DNA of 64,000 bases. It comes from Gemmatimonadales bacterium. GTDB taxonomy: Bacteria; Gemmatimonadota; Gemmatimonadetes; Gemmatimonadales; GWC2-71-9. The position numbers and the translations under genes are program-made. Within the stretch, counting starts at the first letter, position 1; each line of letters opens with the position of its first letter. Of this stretch, positions 56,994 through 64,000 are shown one piece after another. Location: contig DASSGV010000029.1 of the NCBI GenBank assembly GCA_035693225.1, positions 1,284-65,283 of the forward strand, read 5' to 3'. The notes beneath the pieces were generated by a model. That model had not been told where the DNA came from. It saw only the letters and a program-made list of their open reading frames with translations, and did no database searches.

Positions 56994-57872
56994 CTATCCC
57001 TGCAATGCCGCCGCGCCGCCGACGATCTCGCTGATCTCCTGCGTGATCGCGGCCTGGCGTTGCCGATTGTACCGGCGGCGGAGGAGATCGATGATGTCGC
57101 CCGCGTTGTCGGTGGCGTTCTTCATCGCCGTGCGCCGGGCGCCGTGCTCCGCCGCGGCCGTCTCGACCAGCCCGCGGTAGATCGCGTTCCGGACGTAGAG
57201 CGGGAGGAGCTCCCCCAGGATCTCGTCGGCGGAGGGGCGCAGGAGGTAGTCGAGCTGCCCGCCCTTCCGCTCCGGCGCCTCGACCGGAAGCACGCGGAGC
57301 GTGGCTGGCGGGGTGCTGATGGCGCTCCTGAACTGGGCATACACCAGGTCGACGCTGGCGAGCTCGCCGGCCTCGTACGCGGTGATGAGCGGTGCCACGA
57401 CCTCGGCGGCGTGCGTGGCGGTCGGCTTGTCGCCGATGTCCTGGCGCTGGACCGCGATCGGGCGGCCGAGGTACTTGAAGAACCCGATCCCCTTGCGACC
57501 GATCAAGTGGAGGTCGACGGTGTAGCCCTGCCCCTCCAGCTCCTCGATCCGCCGACGCGCCTGCTTGATCAGGTTCGAGTTGAACCCGCCGGCAAGGCCC
57601 CGGTTGGACGTGACCAGGATGACCGCCGCGCGCGTCGGCCCGCCCTTCGCCGGCGGCGCCGGCCGCCGCAGGAGCGGAAAGCGCTCCGCCAGCTCGGGAC
57701 CGTGAAGATCCGCGATGACCTGCGCCAGCGCCTCGGCGTAGGGCCGGGCGCCGATCACGCGGTCCTGCGCCCGCTTCAGCTTGGACGTCGCGACGAGTTC
57801 CATCGTCCGCGTGATCTTGCGGATGTTCTGCGCCGACTTGATGCGGCCCTTGAGCGCCTTGCCCGTGGCCAT
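56994..57872 (-). CDS. atpG: F1 ATP synthase gamma subunit
   Basis: KGRIKSAQNIRKITRTMELVATSKL N-terminus and C-terminal ITQEISEIVGGAAAL. Confidence 0.95.
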   Translation of the reverse strand: MATGKALKGRIKSAQNIRKITRTMELVATSKLKRAQDRVIGARPYAEALAQVIADLHGPELAERFPLLRRPAPPAKGGPTRAAVILVTSNRGLAGGFNSNLIKQARRRIEELEGQGYTVDLHLIGRKGIGFFKYLGRPIAVQRQDIGDKPTATHAAEVVAPLITAYEAGELASVDLVYAQFRSAISTPPATLRVLPVEAPERKGGQLDYLLRPSADEILGELLPLYVRNAIYRGLVETAAAEHGARRTAMKNATDNAGDIIDLLRRRYNRQRQAAITQEISEIVGGAAALQG

Positions 57873-57874
57873 CG

Positions 57875-59452
<1,578 letters not shown>

Positions 59453-59494
59453 GGTTCTCACACGGTGGTGGGATGGTGCATTTCGGCTTCAGCT

Positions 59495-59510
59495 TGTGAA
59501 ATTTATCACA
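59495..59510. promoter_or_regulatory. Perfect TGTGA-N6-TCACA palindrome (CRP-family-type site) in the atpA / ClC divergent region
   Basis: cTTGTGAaatttaTCACAAt read directly; the only AT-rich stretch in this intergenic region. Confidence 0.55.
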
Positions 59511-59609
59511 ATCAAGGACGATGGCAAGGTTCGCCCAACGGCCGCCGGACGGCAAGGGCGGCCGCCGGCACCGGGTTCACGCGATGCTTTCCTTCCATTA
59601 TCCTGCGGC

Positions 59610-61382
59610 ATGTCGACACCCCTCGCGGCCTACCCCCGGCAGCTGTCCCGCGTCACCGGCGATGCCGGCGCCCGACTCTTCGCGCTGCTCGAACAGTGGG
59701 GGATGAACGAACCGGCCATCCTGACGGCCCTCGCGGTCGGGGTCGGTATCCTCGCCGGCCTGAGCGTCCTGCTCTTCTACCGCGCGATCGACATCTCGGC
59801 CGACATCATCGCCCAGGTGGCCACGGTGCTCGAGATCCCGACCCCGATCGTGGCGGCCGCGAGCCTCGGGATCGGCCTGGTGGTGGTCCGGCTCCTGGTC
59901 CACTATGGCAACCACGACTCCGACGGCGAGAACATCCCCGACGCGATGCACGCGATGGCGCGCCGCGGCGGGGTGCTCAACCTCCGGCCGGTGGCGATCA
60001 AGACCCTCGCCGCCGCGGTGACCCTTGGCAGCGGCGGTTCACTCGGCGCCGAAGGCCCGGTCGCGGTCCTGGGCGCCGCGGTCGGCAGTCGCGCCGGGCG
60101 CTGGCTCCGCTTTCGCAAGGATCGGGTCCGGCTCCTGTTGAGCTGCGGTGCCGCGGCGGGCCTCTCGGCCGCGTTCGGCGCGCCGATCGCCGGAGTGCTC
60201 TTCGTGCTGGAAAAGCTGGTGGGCAGTTTCCGCGCCTCGGTCCTTACGCCCATCGTGGTGGCGAGCGTGTCCGCCGCGGCGGTATCGCGGGTGGGCCTGG
60301 GTCGGGACCAGGTCATCCGGATCCCCACCGAGTATCACGTGGGCGGCGCCCGCGACCTGGTGCTCTATGCCGGCGTCGGTCTCCTGGGCGGGTTCATCGG
60401 CGTCCTGTACGCGCGTGCTGCCTGGAAGGTCCCCGACTGGCTGCGTTCCCAGCCCCAGTGGCTCCGGATGATGGTCGCCGCGGTCCTCGTCGCCGCGGTC
60501 GCCAGCCAGTTCTCCCCGTCGCTCTGGGGCCGCGGACACCAGGGACTCGACCTGGGTCTCATCGCCGACCGCACCGCGTGGCTGCTCTTCGCCCTCTGCA
60601 TCGCCAAGATCGCGGCCACCGCACTCACCCTGGGTGGCGGCGGCGTGGGCGGCGTCTTCACCCCCGCCCTGGTGGTGGGGGGTACCTTCGGGGCCGCGGC
60701 CGGCGTGGCGCTCACCCACCTGGTCCCCGGATGGGGGCTCCAGCCGGTGGCGTTCGCCCTGGTCGGGATGGCCGCCGTGGTCGCGGCCGCCACCCACGCC
60801 CCGCTCACGGCGGTCTTCATGGTGCTGGAGATGAGCGGCGACTACGGGCTCATTCTCCCCGTGCTGCTCGGTGGGGCGCTGGCGTACATCGTGGCCAAGC
60901 CGCTGTACAAGGAGTCGATCTACACCGAATGGCTGGCCCGCCGAGGCGAGCACATCACCCACGGTACCGATGAATCGGTGCTGGCGGCGCTCACCGTGGC
61001 CGATGCCTACCGTGCCGACCCGCTGGTGCTCCCCGCCACCGCCACCCTGGGGGAGGTGCTTGCCGAGGTACGGCAATCGGGCCAGCTCGAATTCCCGGTG
61101 GTCGACGGCACCAACGCCGTCGTCGGGATGCTCACCTGGGAGGACCTGAAGCGCGCCCTGGCCGACGGCACCCGCGACGCGCTGGTATCGGAGCTGGCCG
61201 ATCCGCCGCGGGATGGCGTCACGCTGAACGATGACCTGCGCACCGCGCTCCGCTGCCTCCGCGAACGCGACGCCCACCTGCTTCCGGTGCTGGACGCGAC
61301 GATCCCCCACCATCTGCGCGGCGTCATCGGTCGCGGAGAGATCTTCCTCGCCTACGAGCGCGCAGTGGCGGCGAGCGAGTAG
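59610..61382 (+). CDS. ClC-family voltage-gated chloride channel / H+-Cl- antiporter with C-terminal CBS pair
   Basis: GSGGSLGAEGP and GGVFTPAL selectivity-filter-type motifs, about 10 TM segments, two CBS-like repeats at the C-terminus. Confidence 0.88.
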   Translation: MSTPLAAYPRQLSRVTGDAGARLFALLEQWGMNEPAILTALAVGVGILAGLSVLLFYRAIDISADIIAQVATVLEIPTPIVAAASLGIGLVVVRLLVHYGNHDSDGENIPDAMHAMARRGGVLNLRPVAIKTLAAAVTLGSGGSLGAEGPVAVLGAAVGSRAGRWLRFRKDRVRLLLSCGAAAGLSAAFGAPIAGVLFVLEKLVGSFRASVLTPIVVASVSAAAVSRVGLGRDQVIRIPTEYHVGGARDLVLYAGVGLLGGFIGVLYARAAWKVPDWLRSQPQWLRMMVAAVLVAAVASQFSPSLWGRGHQGLDLGLIADRTAWLLFALCIAKIAATALTLGGGGVGGVFTPALVVGGTFGAAAGVALTHLVPGWGLQPVAFALVGMAAVVAAATHAPLTAVFMVLEMSGDYGLILPVLLGGALAYIVAKPLYKESIYTEWLARRGEHITHGTDESVLAALTVADAYRADPLVLPATATLGEVLAEVRQSGQLEFPVVDGTNAVVGMLTWEDLKRALADGTRDALVSELADPPRDGVTLNDDLRTALRCLRERDAHLLPVLDATIPHHLRGVIGRGEIFLAYERAVAASE

Positions 61383-61700
61383 GAAGGAAGAAGTGAGAAG
61401 GAAGAAGTGAGAAGTGAGAAGGAAGAAGGAAGAAGGAAGAAGTGAGAAGGAAGAAGTAAGAAGGACGAAGTAAAAAGTAAAAGGTAAAGAGTAAAAAGTG
61501 AGAAGCGAGAAGTGGGAAGTAAGAAAGGAAGAAGTGAGAAGGACGAAGTAAAAAGTAAAAGGTAAAGAGTAAAAAGTGAGAAGCGAGAAGTGGGAAGTAA
61601 GAGAAGTAAGAACGGAGGAGTAGGGGATGAAGAGTGGAGAAGCCCTTCTCCCTTCTTACTTCTCACTTCTTACTTTTTACTTCTCACTCGTCACTTCTTA
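61383..61700. repeat. Large heptamer array (GKRAGAA)n with a short inverted arm (CTTCTYA)n, filling the convergent ClC/AraC gap
   Basis: Purine-strand units from 61383 to about 61640, complementary units 61645-61700; identical 64-nt blocks at 61461-61524 and 61539-61602. Confidence 0.92.
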
Positions 61701-62465
61701 CACCCGGCTTCTGGTCTTTCCCCGGGCGAATGCCTCGAGCGCACCCTTGGGGCCGAGCTCGCCAAGACGACGGGCCCCCACCCCGGTGATGCGACGGGTG
61801 GTGCGGTCCAGGTGGCCCGGCGAGGCGAAGCGCAGGATGGCGGCGACCCGGGTCGGGGTGTGCCCGGGATTGCCGAGGAGCTGGGCGGCGGCCGCGACGC
61901 GGGTCAGGTCGATGATCCGTTTCAGGTTCGGCGCGGCCTCCACCGCGAACTGACGGGAAAGGTGTTCGCGCGTGACGTGCAGCCGCCGGGCAAGTTCCGA
62001 CGTCCGGAGCGGACGGTCCACCATCCCGTGCAGCAAGGTCCAGACCTCGCGCTGCAGCGGCGAGCGCAACCGCAGCAGGCGCGGCGCATCCGCCAGGGCC
62101 CGCCGCCGCTCGGCCTGCGCCGTTCCCCGGACCACCAACTCGCCGACCGCCGCGTCATCCACCCCCTCCACGAGCACCGGCACGCCGCGCCGCGCGAATG
62201 TCGCGAGCAGTTCCCCGTCGTCGGGCCGGAACGAGGCGTACGCGAACGCCGGCACCAGCGGGAACGCCGCACGCAACGAACTCACCTCGCCCGGCGCCAT
62301 CGTGCGTGGCGTGAACACGATCGCATCGACCAGCCGGCCGTTGAGCGCACGCAGCAGCGCCGCCCCGGACCGGCACACCAGCAGGCCTCCCGACCCGCGC
62401 GGCAGTGACCGGCGCAGCGCAGTGAGCGCGGAACGACTCTCCAGCCAGGCGGCGACGACCGCCAC
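61698..62465 (-). CDS. AraC-family transcriptional regulator
   Basis: C-terminal double HTH (LRTSELARRLHVTREHLSRQF ... RVAAILRFASPGHLDRTTRR). Confidence 0.85.
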   Translation of the reverse strand: MAVVAAWLESRSALTALRRSLPRGSGGLLVCRSGAALLRALNGRLVDAIVFTPRTMAPGEVSSLRAAFPLVPAFAYASFRPDDGELLATFARRGVPVLVEGVDDAAVGELVVRGTAQAERRRALADAPRLLRLRSPLQREVWTLLHGMVDRPLRTSELARRLHVTREHLSRQFAVEAAPNLKRIIDLTRVAAAAQLLGNPGHTPTRVAAILRFASPGHLDRTTRRITGVGARRLGELGPKGALEAFARGKTRSRV

Positions 62466-62467
62466 GG

Positions 62468-62998
62468 TCAGTCTCTGGAGGGTGGAACGGGGGCGGGGAT
62501 CGCCGCCGGGAGCAGCGCGGGCGCCGGGCGGGCGATGGGACGACCGGGACCGGTCGCGACCAGCGTGCGCGCCATCTCGCCGGCGCGGCGGAGCACGCCG
62601 CGGGCGTTCTCGTAGCTCAAGGTCCTGAGCGCATCGTCGAGGGGGTGCCAGCGCGCGTCCGTGATCCCCTCCGCCACCTGGGGCACCGGTTCGGCGCCCG
62701 GCGATTCCAGCAGGAAGAAGTGACAGAACTTGTGGATCGCCCGGCCCTTGAACCGGAAATGCCAGTCGATGATCCGGATCGGGCCGTGCAGGATCAGGTC
62801 ACTCAGGCCCGTCTCCTCGCGGGTCTCCCGGAAGGCGGCGTCGGCAGGGGTCTCGCCCTCTTCCAGGTGGCCCTTGGGAAAGCCCCAGTTGTGGTAGATG
62901 TCGTTGATGAGGAGGAACCGGAACCCGTCGCTCGCGCGGCGGAACACGATCCCGCCTGCGGATACTTCCCGATCGGGGCGGCGCTTGTGGCTGGTCAT
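62468..62998 (-). CDS. NUDIX hydrolase
   Basis: Nudix box GFPKGHLEEGETPADAAFRETREETGL. Confidence 0.9.
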   Translation of the reverse strand: MTSHKRRPDREVSAGGIVFRRASDGFRFLLINDIYHNWGFPKGHLEEGETPADAAFRETREETGLSDLILHGPIRIIDWHFRFKGRAIHKFCHFFLLESPGAEPVPQVAEGITDARWHPLDDALRTLSYENARGVLRRAGEMARTLVATGPGRPIARPAPALLPAAIPAPVPPSRD

Positions 62999-63117
62999 TG
63001 GTCGTTGGTCATTGGACGATGGTCACCGGTCGTTGGTCAGCAGCGCGTCGGTCTCCACGAACGACCCGCACGGCGCGCCGCCTGGGTCAATGACCGACGA
63101 CGAACGACGCTCGACCC
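62993..63117. repeat. Inverted heptamer arrays (TTGGTCR)n / (CGACGAN, CAATGAC)n between mlaD stop and NUDIX start
   Basis: Seven units 62993-63040 that include the NUDIX ATG; complementary units 63088-63117 ending at the mlaD stop. Confidence 0.88.
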
Positions 63118-64000
63118 CTAGAAGACACTGAACTTGAAGTACTTCCGCGGATTGGCCTGGATGTCCGCGATGAGCTCACGCAACTGCTTGACGGTCTCGG
63201 TGGTCTCGTGGTAGAGCGTCGAATCGGTGGTCAACTTGCCGATCGTTCCCTGCCCCTTCTGCAGCCGGCTCATCAGGGAATCGGTCGCCACCAGGATCGT
63301 CACCAGGCTGGCCTCGTGGGCGCGGAGTGCCGCGGTGACCTGACGGATGTCCTGCGAGGCGGAGTCGATCTGGGTCGTGGCCGAGCTGCCGTGGTCGAGG
63401 ATCGACTGGAGCTGGCCGTTGCCGGTGGCGCTGTCCATCCGGCCCATCACCGAACGGAAGTCACCCGCTGCGGCATTCACGGCGTTCGAGGCCTGCTGGA
63501 CGTTGCTGGTGACGGCGTCGATCCGGTTGGTCTGGGCGCGGGTGAAGGTGTTGAGCTGTCCCACGACGCGGGAAAAGTCCTGGATGCTCTGGCGCAGGTC
63601 CCCGACGGTGGTGGAGTCGAACGCCTGCTGGATCCGTCCGGTGAGCGAGGCGATGTCCCCGGCGATCCGGCTGGCCTGCGCGGTCAGCTGTCCGACATCC
63701 GGGAGCGTGGCGCCGGGCCACGCCTGGTGCTTGACCGCCGCCTTCGCCTCGGCGAGCATCGCGCGGACGTTGGGATCGTCCTGCTGGTCGTCGTACGACA
63801 CGATGGTCGCAGCCCACTCGCCGAACAGGCTGGCCGAGGCGGCGATCACCGCCGGGTTCTTCGGCAGCTCGACCCCGTCGTAGATCCGGAGGTCGGTCTC
63901 GACCCAGTTGTCCCCCGCCAGGCGGATCTGCTCCACCCGACCTACCCGGACGCCACGGAGGGTCACCGGATCGCCCACCTTGAGCCCGCCGACGGTCCGG
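63118..64000 (-). CDS. MCE/MlaD-family protein (5' end outside window)
   Basis: GGLKVGDPVTLRGVRVGRVEQI MCE core, long helical C-terminal region; the frame stays open to the window edge. Confidence 0.85.
   Translation of the reverse strand, partial: RTVGGLKVGDPVTLRGVRVGRVEQIRLAGDNWVETDLRIYDGVELPKNPAVIAASASLFGEWAATIVSYDDQQDDPNVRAMLAEAKAAVKHQAWPGATLPDVGQLTAQASRIAGDIASLTGRIQQAFDSTTVGDLRQSIQDFSRVVGQLNTFTRAQTNRIDAVTSNVQQASNAVNAAAGDFRSVMGRMDSATGNGQLQSILDHGSSATTQIDSASQDIRQVTAALRAHEASLVTILVATDSLMSRLQKGQGTIGKLTTDSTLYHETTETVKQLRELIADIQANPRKYFKFSVF

Noticed and set aside
59462-59609. Missing atpH/atpF genes or a small ORF upstream of atpA
   Set aside because: There is no ORF with coding bias or delta/b-subunit features. 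The region is short and contains the palindromic site instead.
61352-62408. ORFs 61352..61666 (-), 61590..62408 (+) and 61627..61953 (+) crossing the large array
   Set aside because: Their products are simple translations of the heptamer repeat (L/F/S/T or K/E/G runs), or are antisense to the AraC gene.

Overview
High-GC chromosomal segment from a diderm bacterium. The taxon cannot be fixed from sequence alone; the gene content and style resemble Gemmatimonadota-like genomes, but that is a guess. I call about 58 protein-coding genes, tightly packed, with many 1-8 nt stop/start overlaps. I found no rRNA, tRNA, transposase, integrase, cas gene or CRISPR array. Most content is housekeeping: uppS, lipA plus a pdhA-pdhB-E2-lpd pyruvate dehydrogenase cluster, dnaE-accA-PSP1-metG, atpAGDC, waaA, a POT transporter and a ClC channel. 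Signalling genes are interspersed: a PAS-GGDEF-EAL protein, a MASE1-PAS sensor, a hybrid histidine kinase, an ECF sigma/anti-sigma pair and an AraC regulator. Envelope genes include a TonB-dependent receptor, beta-barrel OMPs, Bor-like lipoproteins, LemA/TPM and MlaD. I do not see a clear new multi-gene protein system such as a defence island. The most unusual signal is non-coding. At least ten intergenic loci carry degenerate tandem arrays of 7-nt units (one 8-nt array, one 10-nt array). The arrays often occur as inverted pairs that exactly fill gaps between genes, overlap stop or start codons, or sit inside operons. They fall into a few motif families, each seen at two loci a few kb apart (GTRAGAA, AGCTGAT, ACCGTTC, GGTCR). 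They resemble the STRR heptamer repeats of heterocystous cyanobacteria, but in a GC-rich non-cyanobacterial context. Secondary observations are listed below.
- Two perfect AT-rich palindromic operator-like sites, a TGTGA-N6-TCACA site upstream of atpA and a 9-bp inverted repeat upstream of lipA.
- A split atp operon with a truncated epsilon subunit and translationally coupled OMP genes.
- A coupled GT2-DUF3108-DHS-like cassette.
- A TPM / NTase-HEPN-like / LemA / DUF2156 operon.
All domain calls come from motif recognition by eye and need HMM or BLAST confirmation.
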